From positions 113,470 to 177,469 of the forward strand of contig JABWCG010000002.1 of the NCBI GenBank assembly GCA_013359225.1: a stretch of DNA of 64,000 nucleotides, written 5' to 3'. Position numbers and translations under genes: made by a program. A model generated the notes under the pieces. It did not search any database. It was not told the DNA's origin and worked only from the letters and a program-made list of their open reading frames with translations. This document shows, piece after piece, positions 53,087 through 61,911 of the stretch (positions are counted from its first letter, which is position 1; every line of letters begins with the position of its first letter). The stretch comes from Candidatus Buchananbacteria bacterium. Its GTDB lineage: Bacteria > Patescibacteriota > Patescibacteriia > Buchananbacterales > UBA6539.

Positions 53087-55465
53087 ATGATATTTGGTGT
53101 TGGAGAATCAAAACTAAAGCTTACCAAGAATGCTTTAAAGGTCTTGGAAAGCCGATATTTATTGAAAGATAATGACGGCAACGTAATTGAAAAGCCGATT
53201 GAAATGTTTAGGCGCGTTGCCGGTTTTATTGTAAAAGCGGAAGATAAGTATGGCTTGACCCAGGAAGAAAAAGATGACCTGGCTAAGGCTTTCCTGGAAG
53301 TGATGGTTGATTTTGAATTTTTGCCAAACAGTCCAACCTTTACCGGCGCTGGTACGCCTTTAGGGCAGTTGTCAGCCTGCTTTGTGCTGCCGGTGGGAGA
53401 CTCTATGGAAGAAATTTTTGAAGCGATCAAAAATACCGCTTTAATCCACAAATCCGGTGGCGGAACTGGTTTTTCATTTTCTCGTATTCGGCCGGCCAAA
53501 GATCCGGTGAAGTCCACTAGCGGTTTGGCATCGGGTCCAATTTCTTTTATGACCGTTTTTGATGCTGCGACCGATACGGTGAAACAGGGTGGCACTCGTC
53601 GTGGAGCTAATATGGGCATTCTGCGGGTGGATCATCCGGATATTATGGAATTTATTGTCGCTAAGGAAGATAACAATCGACTAAACAATTTTAATATTTC
53701 AGTGGCAATCACCGACAAGTTTATGGATGCGCTTGATAAGGGTGAAGAATATGATTTGCTCAACCCCCGTGACGGCAGGGCAATCGGTAAGTTAAACGCC
53801 AAAGAAGTGTGGGACAAAATTATTGATCACGCCTGGAAAAACGGGGACCCTGGTGTTATTTTTATTGATAAAATCAACAAACATAATCCTACGCCTCATG
53901 TTGGTAAAATTGAAAGCACCAATCCGTGTGGAGAACAGCCGCTGTTACCCTATGAATCTTGTAATTTAGGTTCAATTAACTTGGCCAAATTCGTTAAAGA
54001 AGGTGAAATTGATTATCAGCGCTTAGCTTTTGTTGTACAAACAGCAGTCAGGTTTTTAGATGATGTGATTGATATGAATAAGTATCCAATCCCGCAGATT
54101 TCTCAAATGACCAGAGCTAATCGTAAGATTGGTTTAGGGGTAATGGGTTGGGCTGACATGTTGGTTGATTTAGGTATTTCCTATAATTCAAACGAGGCGA
54201 TTGATTTGGCTGAAAAAGTAATGAAATTTATCAAAAACACAGCCGATCAGGCGTCGGTTGTTTTAGCTAAAGAAAAAGGAGTATTTCCTAATTTTGAAGG
54301 CAGTATTTATGACACGCCAGATAGCACCGGAATTAGAAATGCCACCAGAACCACTATCGCGCCAACCGGCACTATCAGTATTATTGCTAACTGTTCTTCC
54401 GGGATTGAGCCGCTATTTGCTTTGGCATATGTTAGAAAATCGCGCATCGGTAAGAAAGGCGATGACTGGGTTGAGTTAGTAGAGGTTAATCCTTATTTTG
54501 AAGCAGTTGCTAAAGAACGGGGATTTTATTCCAAAGAACTAATGGAAAAAATTTCTCAAGTTGGCTCGATCCAGCACCTTGATGAAGTGCCAGACGATGT
54601 GAAACGAGTATTTGTCACCTCTCACGACATTACGCCGGAATGGCATATTCGAATGCAGACTGCTTTTCAAAAATATGTTGATAATGCCGTTTCTAAAACC
54701 ATCAACTTTCCTAACGCCGCTACTCGTGATGATGTCGCCAAAGCGTATTTATTGGCGTACGAGAATGATTGCAAAGGAGTAACTATTTATCGGGATGGCA
54801 GTCGAGATGTTCAAGTTTTAACAACCGGTCAATCGCACAAAAAGGAAGAGGCTCCAAAGGAAACCACTACTCCTGCTGCGCCGTTTTATAAGCGCAAGCG
54901 CCCGATGATGATGCGCGGCACAACTTATAAAGTAAAAACGTCGTATGGTGATTTGTATATCACCATTAATGACGACGAACAGGGTAATCCCTTCGAAGTG
55001 TTTGCTACTATTGGTAAGGCTGGCGGATTTTTTTCAGCCAAGTCAGAAGCAATTTGTCGTTTAGTTTCCTTGGCGTTACGCGCCGGCATTCCGGCCCAGG
55101 AAGTAGTCAGTCAAATTAAAGGTATTCGTGGTCCGATGCCGTCTTGGGGTGAAGGGGGAATGATTTTGTCGCTTCCTGACGCTATTGCTCAGATTATTGA
55201 AAAACATCTCAGTCAAAATCAGCAGCGGCTGGAATTAGAATTTCATAATGGCAAAGTGACCAAAGAACAGTTATCTAAAACCCCGGCCTCCTATGATCCG
55301 GCTTCATCTTTGCCGGTAGATAGCGCCAAGCCTTCCAATGGCAACGGTAATCGGGAAATTGCCGATTTTGGTACCGCGCCAGAATGTCCTGATTGTGGCA
55401 ATATTTTGGAAATCGCCGAAGGTTGTTTGAAGTGTCGATCCTGTGGCTTTTCCCGCTGCGGGTAA
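53087..55465 (+). CDS. nrdJ: Class II (adenosylcobalamin-dependent) ribonucleotide reductase with C-terminal TSCPD/Zn-ribbon region
   Basis: 'FLPNSPT', 'SACFV', 'QGGTRRGANM', 'TNPCGEQPL', 'APTGTIS', 'AVSKTIN', 'YRDGSR'; terminal 'CPDC...EGC..C..CG.S.C'; no beta-subunit gene adjacent. Confidence 0.93.
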   Translation: MIFGVGESKLKLTKNALKVLESRYLLKDNDGNVIEKPIEMFRRVAGFIVKAEDKYGLTQEEKDDLAKAFLEVMVDFEFLPNSPTFTGAGTPLGQLSACFVLPVGDSMEEIFEAIKNTALIHKSGGGTGFSFSRIRPAKDPVKSTSGLASGPISFMTVFDAATDTVKQGGTRRGANMGILRVDHPDIMEFIVAKEDNNRLNNFNISVAITDKFMDALDKGEEYDLLNPRDGRAIGKLNAKEVWDKIIDHAWKNGDPGVIFIDKINKHNPTPHVGKIESTNPCGEQPLLPYESCNLGSINLAKFVKEGEIDYQRLAFVVQTAVRFLDDVIDMNKYPIPQISQMTRANRKIGLGVMGWADMLVDLGISYNSNEAIDLAEKVMKFIKNTADQASVVLAKEKGVFPNFEGSIYDTPDSTGIRNATRTTIAPTGTISIIANCSSGIEPLFALAYVRKSRIGKKGDDWVELVEVNPYFEAVAKERGFYSKELMEKISQVGSIQHLDEVPDDVKRVFVTSHDITPEWHIRMQTAFQKYVDNAVSKTINFPNAATRDDVAKAYLLAYENDCKGVTIYRDGSRDVQVLTTGQSHKKEEAPKETTTPAAPFYKRKRPMMMRGTTYKVKTSYGDLYITINDDEQGNPFEVFATIGKAGGFFSAKSEAICRLVSLALRAGIPAQEVVSQIKGIRGPMPSWGEGGMILSLPDAIAQIIEKHLSQNQQRLELEFHNGKVTKEQLSKTPASYDPASSLPVDSAKPSNGNGNREIADFGTAPECPDCGNILEIAEGCLKCRSCGFSRCG

Positions 55466-55473
55466 AACTAAAC

Positions 55474-56010
55474 ATGTTGAAGGGTGCTATGAAAAGTGAT
55501 TTAGGTAAAGTTCATGTGTATACCGGCGACGGTAAGGGCAAAACTACTGCATCGCTTGGTCTTGCTTTACGCGCCATCGGTGCTGGCTATCAGGTTTATA
55601 TTGTTCAATTTTTAAAAGGCCAAGACTATAGCGAATTAACCAGTCTAAAACCGCTTAAAGAAATTACCTTAAAGCGTTTCGGCCAAAAAAGTTTTATTAT
55701 CAAAAAGGCTAAGCCGACTGACATCGCTTTGGCAAAGCAGGGGTTGGCATGGGCGCGCCGGGTGATAAAAAGTAAAAAATTTGACGTGGTAATTCTGGAT
55801 GAGATATTTTTGGCGGTTTTTTTCAAAATGTTGAAAGTGTCCGATCTAGTTTCGTTGATTAAAATCAAACCAAAAAATGTTGAGTTGATTTTGACCGGCC
55901 GCCGCGCACCGGCGGCGGTAGTAGCTTTAGCTGATTATGTTACTGAAATGAAAGAGGTAAAACACCCTTATAAAAAAGGGGTAGTGGCCCGACGAGGCAT
56001 TGAAAACTAG
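55474..56010 (+). CDS. cobO: Cob(I)alamin adenosyltransferase, CobO/BtuR/CobA type (start ATG 55474 or 55489)
   Basis: 'HVYTGDGKGKTTASLGLALRAIG', 'VQFLKG', 'ILDEI', 'LTGR', 'ADYVTEM..VKHPY..G..AR.GIE'. Confidence 0.93.
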   Translation: MLKGAMKSDLGKVHVYTGDGKGKTTASLGLALRAIGAGYQVYIVQFLKGQDYSELTSLKPLKEITLKRFGQKSFIIKKAKPTDIALAKQGLAWARRVIKSKKFDVVILDEIFLAVFFKMLKVSDLVSLIKIKPKNVELILTGRRAPAAVVALADYVTEMKEVKHPYKKGVVARRGIEN

Positions 56011-56030
56011 GTTATCCACCGTCGTGATTC

Positions 56031-56058
56031 TTGACAGGCTCACTGGTAGTTCTAAAAT
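56031..56058 (+). promoter_or_regulatory. Sigma70 promoter upstream of the cobalamin riboswitch
   Basis: TTGACA(56031-56036)-16-TAAAAT(56053-56058). Confidence 0.6.
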
Positions 56059-56074
56059 TTAATTACTTAAAAAT

Positions 56075-56227
56075 TTGGTTGCATCTTAATTTTCCGAAGT
56101 AAGGTTACATTCCTTCGCTGACCCGCAACTGTGAAGTCTTTTTTCACCCCCTAGGTGGAAAAAGAATAAGCCAGGTCGAGAAAATAAGAGCTTAATTAAC
56201 CCACGTAACTCTTCGAGGATATGAGAG
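56075..56227 (+). ncRNA. Cobalamin (B12) riboswitch, compact variant
   Basis: GAA-G-T-AAGG-TTACATT-CCTT (P4 with T-loop-like cap), 'GCTGACCCGCAACTGTGA' core, hairpin TCTTTTTTCACC/GGTGGAAAAAGA, B12-box 'AAGCCAG', P13 CTCT-TCGAGGATATG-AGAG whose CGAGG loop could kiss CCCG; flanked by B12 genes. Confidence 0.85.
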
Positions 56228-56313
56228 GCATCGTGTCGCTGGTTTTAAGCCAGCTCTTAAAATTGCTCTAACTACGAGGAATTTTTTTATTTAATAATTC
56301 ATAACTAACAGAT

Positions 56314-58110
56314 ATGATTAAAAAAAACGCATTACCTATTTTTCGAATAATCGTTGTTTTTTCACTGCTGCTGCAGCCGGTGTTTGTTTCGGCCAGTTTG
56401 TCGGGCGCTGTTAGTTATTTGGAAAGTCAGGTTGATGATCCTTGGATTACAATGGCACTCGTGGCTTCTGGCCAGACGAATATCCCAACCGGTCATTTAA
56501 AACAAGTTTCCGGAACAAGTGCCACTGATTATGCTAAAACGATTTTAGCCTTAGCGGCCCTGGGCAAAGACCCCTCGACATTTGGCAACGTTGATTATGT
56601 CGCTGCGTTGGAAGATACATTTGACGGCACACAAATTGGCGACGTGAATTTGTTAAATGATGACATGTGGGGCATATTAGCATTGGCAAGCGTTGGCAAA
56701 AAAACTTCAGCGGCAGTTACTGCCACTAAAACCTACTTATTGTCAAAACAAAACAGCGACGGCGGTTGGAGTTATTCAGCGGGAGCTGGTTCTGATACTA
56801 ACGATACCGCTGCTGCAGTCATCGCGTTAATTGAAGCAGGAGTTGGAGCAAATAATGAAGTAATTACTAAGGCGTTAGCGTATATCAAATCAGCGCAAAA
56901 CAGCGACGGCGGCGTTGGTTATCAACCGGGCAACGGCTCAGACGCCGGCTCAGACGCTTGGACGATTTCAGCCTTAATTAAAGCGGGAGTCAACCCGAGT
57001 GGCTGGACGAAGAACAATATCAGTCCGATTCAACACCTTGAATCCTTGCAAGACGAAGATGGCGGTTATTGGTGGGTTACCGAAGGTACCTCAGAATGGA
57101 ACAATAAAGCTATGACTGCATATGCGGTTATCGCTTTAAGCGGTGCCACCTATCCGGTTGGGTATTATCAATCAGGAGCTGCTAACGATGGTGAATTTCA
57201 TTTGAGAATTGAAGGTGCTAGTAATACTATTTGTGATACGTTTGTCGCCGGCGTTACAGCGCTTGATTTAGTTAAAAATGCCGCGGCGGAATGTGGATAT
57301 TCATATACGATTACTCAGGAGTCATTTGGTCCGTATTTGCGAGAAATCGCTGGCGAGACAGCTTCCGGATTGAATGGGTGGTTATACTTTGTAAACAGTG
57401 CTTCACCAATCGTTGGCGCGGCTGATTACCATTTAGCGTCTGGTGATGAAGTGTTGTGGTATTTTGGTGAGTGGGGAGTTATGCCGACGCGCTTGAATGT
57501 GAGTGAAACTCAAGTTGATCCCGGCCAGGCAATTGATGTAGTGGCTGAATATTTTGATGGCAGTTCTTGGCGTCCGGTTTCCGGTGCAACTATTAAGGTG
57601 AATGATGAAGTCCGGCAAGCGGGTACTAACGGTACGCTTGCCCTACAAATTTATGAAAATGGTATTTATCGGATTTATGCCGACCATGCTGGGTATGTCA
57701 GAAGTAATACAGTGACAGTGACGGTTGGTGACACAGTTAATCAGAATGTTGGTTTACAGGTTGAGATTAATCAGGGCACGGCTGGCGTTATCGGCGGTGA
57801 GGCAATTGCTTTAGTGGTTGATGCTTCTGATATTGATTTTGGCCCATTGGCTCCGGGACACGGCAGTGAGGCTGAGGTGGTCATATCAAATCAGGGAACA
57901 GTTAATCTTGGTGTTGGCACCCAGGTCAGCGGTGACGTGGTTTTCACCAAGGGTTTAAAGATTAACGACGCCGCTCATGCCGAGTATGCCGACACCCTGG
58001 TTGCCGGCCAGAGTAAATCAACAAAAGTTGTTTTAAATGTACCTAGTGATTATCTGGCTTCTGGCGTCAAAACGGGAGAGCTAACTTTTTGGGCAACTGT
58101 TCAACCGTAA
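56314..58110 (+). CDS. Secreted protein: prenyltransferase/squalene-cyclase-type alpha-alpha barrel + DUF4430 (transcobalamin-like beta domain) + beta-sandwich tail; putative cobalamin-binding protein
   Basis: Signal peptide; QW-type repeats 'YLLSKQNSDGGW', 'YIKSAQNSDGG', 'LESLQDEDGGY'; 'FGPYLREIAG...GWLYFVN...VGAADY.L..GDEVLWYF'; directly under the riboswitch. Confidence 0.75.
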   Translation: MIKKNALPIFRIIVVFSLLLQPVFVSASLSGAVSYLESQVDDPWITMALVASGQTNIPTGHLKQVSGTSATDYAKTILALAALGKDPSTFGNVDYVAALEDTFDGTQIGDVNLLNDDMWGILALASVGKKTSAAVTATKTYLLSKQNSDGGWSYSAGAGSDTNDTAAAVIALIEAGVGANNEVITKALAYIKSAQNSDGGVGYQPGNGSDAGSDAWTISALIKAGVNPSGWTKNNISPIQHLESLQDEDGGYWWVTEGTSEWNNKAMTAYAVIALSGATYPVGYYQSGAANDGEFHLRIEGASNTICDTFVAGVTALDLVKNAAAECGYSYTITQESFGPYLREIAGETASGLNGWLYFVNSASPIVGAADYHLASGDEVLWYFGEWGVMPTRLNVSETQVDPGQAIDVVAEYFDGSSWRPVSGATIKVNDEVRQAGTNGTLALQIYENGIYRIYADHAGYVRSNTVTVTVGDTVNQNVGLQVEINQGTAGVIGGEAIALVVDASDIDFGPLAPGHGSEAEVVISNQGTVNLGVGTQVSGDVVFTKGLKINDAAHAEYADTLVAGQSKSTKVVLNVPSDYLASGVKTGELTFWATVQP

Positions 58111-58113
58111 ATT

Positions 58114-58593
58114 ATGTTTAGATCAATTGGAGCATTACTTTTATTGATACACTTCCTGGTTGGGCCGGCGGCTGCGGCGGTTGGCGTGGCGGTTAAACCG
58201 GTGCAGCTTACTTTGCAGGGAACAACGATGCGGGCCGCGGCGGGAGAATTTTTGGTGGCGAATGTTGATCAAGTTCCGGCATTGTATCAGGTGTCAGCGG
58301 ATCAATTTGGTGATATAATTTCATTTGATTCGGCTGATTTTCAGCTGCAGCCTCAGGAAACCAGAATTGTTAAGTTTAAAGCTTGGTTTGTCAGTCCAGG
58401 AACTTTTCAAACCAATATTTCAGTTGCCGCTAAACCGCTTGGGAACAGCGGTCTGGCCGCCGCTTCAGGCGTTAAAGTTCCGCTTACCATTACGGTGGGT
58501 GGAATTTCACTCATGGCGTTGATTGGCTTAATCATGGTTTTTTGTTTAGTCTTGGCAATATTGCTGATGATAAGATTAAAAAAGAAAAAATAA
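58114..58593 (+). CDS. Exported Ig-like protein with C-terminal TM anchor and basic tail
   Basis: Signal 'AAAA/VGVAVKP', beta-rich core, C-terminal hydrophobic helix then 'RLKKKK'. Confidence 0.6.
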   Translation: MFRSIGALLLLIHFLVGPAAAAVGVAVKPVQLTLQGTTMRAAAGEFLVANVDQVPALYQVSADQFGDIISFDSADFQLQPQETRIVKFKAWFVSPGTFQTNISVAAKPLGNSGLAAASGVKVPLTITVGGISLMALIGLIMVFCLVLAILLMIRLKKKK

Positions 58594-58624
58594 TTTTTAA
58601 GAAATAATTCTTAGCCATAATCAT

Positions 58625-59056
58625 ATGAAGTTAATCGTTCGGGCCGTCATCATTGTCGCGATTTTTATTGCGGGATTTTTCGTCGGCAATCAATATCAGA
58701 CAATTTTTGACAGCAGTGTTAAACAAACTGAAAACCAATCAACAGCGATTAATGTCATGATTGATAGCGGCAAAGAGATTAAACTGTATGAAAGAGTTTC
58801 TATTGCCGAAAATGAAACGGTATTTGAATTATTGAAAAAGATTGCCGATGAAAACAATCTGGAGTTAGGCTACAAGGATTTTGGCGGTGAGCTGGGCGTC
58901 ATGATAGAATCAATCGGCGGTGTTAAGAATGACGTTAGCAGTAACGGGTTTTGGCAGTATTGGGTTAACAATTCTTATGCTCAGGTTGGGCCAAGCAGCT
59001 ATCGGATACACGCCGGTGATTCAATAACCTGGAAATATGTCACTAATCAATTTTAA
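58625..59056 (+). CDS. Membrane-anchored DUF4430 (transcobalamin C-terminal-like) protein
   Basis: N-terminal TM; 'TVFELLK', 'G.MIESIGG..N', 'FWQYWVN...AQVG.S.Y....GD.I.W.Y'. Confidence 0.82.
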   Translation: MKLIVRAVIIVAIFIAGFFVGNQYQTIFDSSVKQTENQSTAINVMIDSGKEIKLYERVSIAENETVFELLKKIADENNLELGYKDFGGELGVMIESIGGVKNDVSSNGFWQYWVNNSYAQVGPSSYRIHAGDSITWKYVTNQF

Positions 59057-59069
59057 TAACTCATATACT

Positions 59070-59609
59070 ATGAATACCAAGTTTAAATTAGCCACTGCAG
59101 CCCTATTAATTGTTTTAGGAGTAACCTGTCGTTTGTTGCCACATTTGTGGAACTTTGTTCCCGTAACTGCCATTGCTTTGTTCGCCGGATTTTATTTTGG
59201 TCGGCGGTATGCTTTGGTGTTGCCGTTAGTGATCGCTTTCGTCAGCGATTTATTTCTTGGGTTTTATCAGTGGCAATTAATGCTGGCAGTGTATCTGAGT
59301 TTTATGGTGGTCGGTATGATTGGTTTTATGGTTAGAAAATACAAGAACGTTGAAACAATTATAGCCGCCAGCATCAGTTCGTCGGTTTTGTTTTATTTAG
59401 TAACTAACTGGGCAGTCTGGCGATTTTCGCCGTGGTACGAAAAGTCTGTTAACGGATTACTTAGCTCTTATGTTTTGGCCGTGCCGTTTTTTAGGAATGC
59501 CCTGCTGGGTGATTTATTTTATACGGCGGTATTGTTTGGCTCGTATGAATTAGTGCATTTGATGGTTAGCCGCCATCGTCGTCTGTCAGCATTGGTTGAA
59601 ACAAAATAA
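59070..59609 (+). CDS. ECF S-component-like membrane transporter (DUF6580 / BtuM-like), putative cobalamin importer (start ATG 59070)
   Basis: 'RLLPH..NF.P..AIALFAG', 'SD.FLG', 'SS.LFY.VTN..VW', 'Y....PFF...L.GD..Y'; about 6 TM; last gene of the riboswitch operon. Confidence 0.75.
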   Translation: MNTKFKLATAALLIVLGVTCRLLPHLWNFVPVTAIALFAGFYFGRRYALVLPLVIAFVSDLFLGFYQWQLMLAVYLSFMVVGMIGFMVRKYKNVETIIAASISSSVLFYLVTNWAVWRFSPWYEKSVNGLLSSYVLAVPFFRNALLGDLFYTAVLFGSYELVHLMVSRHRRLSALVETK

Positions 59610-59613
59610 ATCT

Positions 59614-59652
59614 AAAACCCCGCCCCCGATGTTTCAAGAAGGCGGGGTTTTT
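59614..59652 (+). terminator. Intrinsic terminator closing the B12 operon
   Basis: AAAACCCCGCC...GGCGGGGTTTT-T. Confidence 0.8.
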
Positions 59653-59685
59653 ATTTTTGGCTAAATATTGTATAATATATTTCGT

Positions 59686-60054
59686 ATGGACCAAAAAGAT
59701 CAGCCAATTTTTGACCAGAGTCAGGCTCGTAGCTCGGTTAATGAAATAGGTTTTGCCGATAGTGATATTCGCCAATTATTGGAAGAAAATTTGCAAGCCA
59801 CCAAGCAGGTGCAGGAGTCACTGGCAAAAATTAACCGTTGGATTGCGTTTCAAAAAGTGTGGGGGGTTATTAAAACATTGATTATTATTATTCCGCTGCT
59901 GTTAGGGCTGATCTATTTGCCTGCTTTATTGCAGAATGTTATTAGTCCATACCAAGAATTGCTTAAAGTTGGTTTGCCTGATACTGCCGGTGATGAAGGA
60001 CTGCTTGATAAAGTTAATGAACTTTTAAATGCCAACCAGAACACAAATCAGTAA
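59686..60054 (+). CDS. Small membrane protein of unknown function (coiled coil + TM; probable start ATG 59686)
   Basis: 'LLEENL...' coiled segment, TM 'LIIIIPLLLGLIYLP'; TATAAT 9 nt upstream. Confidence 0.6.
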   Translation: MDQKDQPIFDQSQARSSVNEIGFADSDIRQLLEENLQATKQVQESLAKINRWIAFQKVWGVIKTLIIIIPLLLGLIYLPALLQNVISPYQELLKVGLPDTAGDEGLLDKVNELLNANQNTNQ

Positions 60055-60367
60055 ATCCGGGTTGACTCAGTTCCAAATTGCGGTTTTGCAAAAATTACAG
60101 TCGGTGCCAAGGGGTAGGGTAACAACATATCAGTATTTAGCGCGCGCCATCGGCCGGCCGAGGGCAGTTCGAGCGGTTGGCAACGCTTTAAACGCTAATC
60201 CATGGATTATTAGCGTGCCCTGTCATCGGGTGGTGCGAAATAACGGCGAAATTGGCGGCTATGCGCGAGGAGCGAAAAGGAAAGCATTGGTTTTAAAAAA
60301 TGAGGGGATTATGACGCGGCAGGGAAAAATTGTTGATTTTGAAAAAAAGCTTTATCGTTTTGGTTAA
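60029..60367 (+). CDS. ogt: Methylated-DNA--protein-cysteine methyltransferase (MGMT/Ogt C-terminal domain only)
   Basis: 'VP.GRVTTY..LA..IG.P.AVRAVG.AL..NP....VPCHRVV..NG..GGY' with active-site Cys in PCHR. Confidence 0.88.
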   Translation: MPTRTQISKSGLTQFQIAVLQKLQSVPRGRVTTYQYLARAIGRPRAVRAVGNALNANPWIISVPCHRVVRNNGEIGGYARGAKRKALVLKNEGIMTRQGKIVDFEKKLYRFG

Positions 60368-60395
60368 TTCAATGTCTAATTAATATTAGGTACAT

Positions 60396-60794
60396 ATGTC
60401 TCAAAGAACTATTGTCATCTTTGGCTTATTCCTGGTTATTTCAATTGTCGGAGGAATTTTTATTTATTTCTATCAAGGCTACGCCGAGCAATTGATTAGC
60501 CGGTACGTTTCAAAAATTACGGTTTGTGAAAATATTTCAAACGAAGAAGTGTGCTATGCTAAAGAATTCTGCGAGGGCATTTATGGCCCCACTTGTCCTG
60601 ACTGCAACGATAGTGCTTTTCGTCGCTGTCAGCGCATACCATTGAACGTGTTAGCTAAAACTGAACAGTCAAAATCGTTATGCACTAAAACCGGCGGCGA
60701 ATGGTTTCATGGTAAAATGGGTGATTTTTGTGTCTGCCAGGAAATTGGAGTTAACAAAGTATTTGATGCAGCGCAGGGCTGTATTAATAAATAA
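60396..60794 (+). CDS. Single-TM Cys-rich protein of unknown function
   Basis: N-terminal TM; 'C.......C.....C.G...P.CP.C', 'LCTKTGGEW...C.C...F....GC'. Confidence 0.6.
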   Translation: MSQRTIVIFGLFLVISIVGGIFIYFYQGYAEQLISRYVSKITVCENISNEEVCYAKEFCEGIYGPTCPDCNDSAFRRCQRIPLNVLAKTEQSKSLCTKTGGEWFHGKMGDFCVCQEIGVNKVFDAAQGCINK

Positions 60795-60800
60795 TTATTT

Positions 60801-61902
60801 ATGAAAGACATTGTTCAAAATTTTAAGGCCTTAGCCAAAGCAATTGCGGCAACCAGGAGGTTACTTTGACCTTGATGGTTTGAGGCGAGAAATAAAAATA
60901 TTAGAATCAGAAATCGTTAAACCTGATTTTTGGCAAAACCAAGACCGGGCAAAACAAATTTCTCGACGCAGTGAAAGTATTCGATCAACCGTTGAGCAGT
61001 GGGATACGCTTGACCGAGAAGTTGCTGATAACGCCAAACTAGCCCAGGAGGCTATTGATCAGCAGGATGAATCATTGCTTGGTGAACTAGAACAAGAATA
61101 TATTCGGCTGAGAAAAGTTTTTGAGAAGCTGGAATTTCTTGTTTTATTTTCTCAAAAATATGATAGTAATGATGCGATCATCTCCATTCATGCCGGCACG
61201 GGCGGCATCGAGGCGCAAGATTGGGCCGAAATGTTGTTGCGAATGTATCTAAGATTTTGTGAACGTAAAAATTTTGTTGTTACTGTTATTGATGAAACCA
61301 GGGGGCAGGAAGCGGGGATTAAAAGTGCAACAGTTCAGATTGGAGGGTATTACGCGTATGGTAACCTGAAATCAGAAGCTGGAGTTCACCGTTTGGTTAG
61401 AATTTCGCCATTTGATGCTGAAAAGATGAGACACACGTCTTTTGCTTTAGTTGAAGTATTGCCGGTTTTGACCGATACTCAAGCAGTAAAGATTAATGAG
61501 TCGGATTTAAAGATTGACACTTTTCGTTCCGGCGGTCCGGGCGGGCAAAGTGTTAACACTACTGACTCGGCGGTTCGCCTTACTCATCTGCCGTCAGGAC
61601 TGGTGGTTAAAGTCCAAAACGAACGGTCGCAGCAGCAGAATAAGCAAACAGCGCTTAAGTTGTTGCAGGCTAAACTGGCTAAATTGCAGGAAGCGGCTAA
61701 GGGGCAAGAGCTGGCAAAAATCAGAGGGGAAGTGCTTTCAGCGGAATGGGGCAATCAGATCAGATCATACGTACTTCAGCCGTATAAGCTGGTGAAGGAT
61801 CACCGAACTGATTTTGAGAGCAAGGAGCCTGATGATGTTTTGAACGGAGAGCTTGACGGTTTTGTCGAAAGTTATCTAAGATATATAAATAAAAATTCAT
61901 AA
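60801..61902 (+). CDS. prfB: Peptide chain release factor 2, expressed via programmed +1 frameshift at CTT-TGA-C (60864-60870)
   Basis: ATG 60801, 22 codons to CTT TGA; internal SD AGGAGG (60855-60860) 3 nt upstream; +1 frame carries 'SPF' and 'GGQ' motifs. Confidence 0.96.
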
Positions 61903-61911
61903 TTGGTAAAT

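Noticed and set aside
56314-57160. Terpene cyclase or prenyltransferase enzyme call
   Set aside because: Secreted, lacks an evident DxDD catalytic motif, is fused to DUF4430 and sits under a B12 riboswitch; a binding role fits better.
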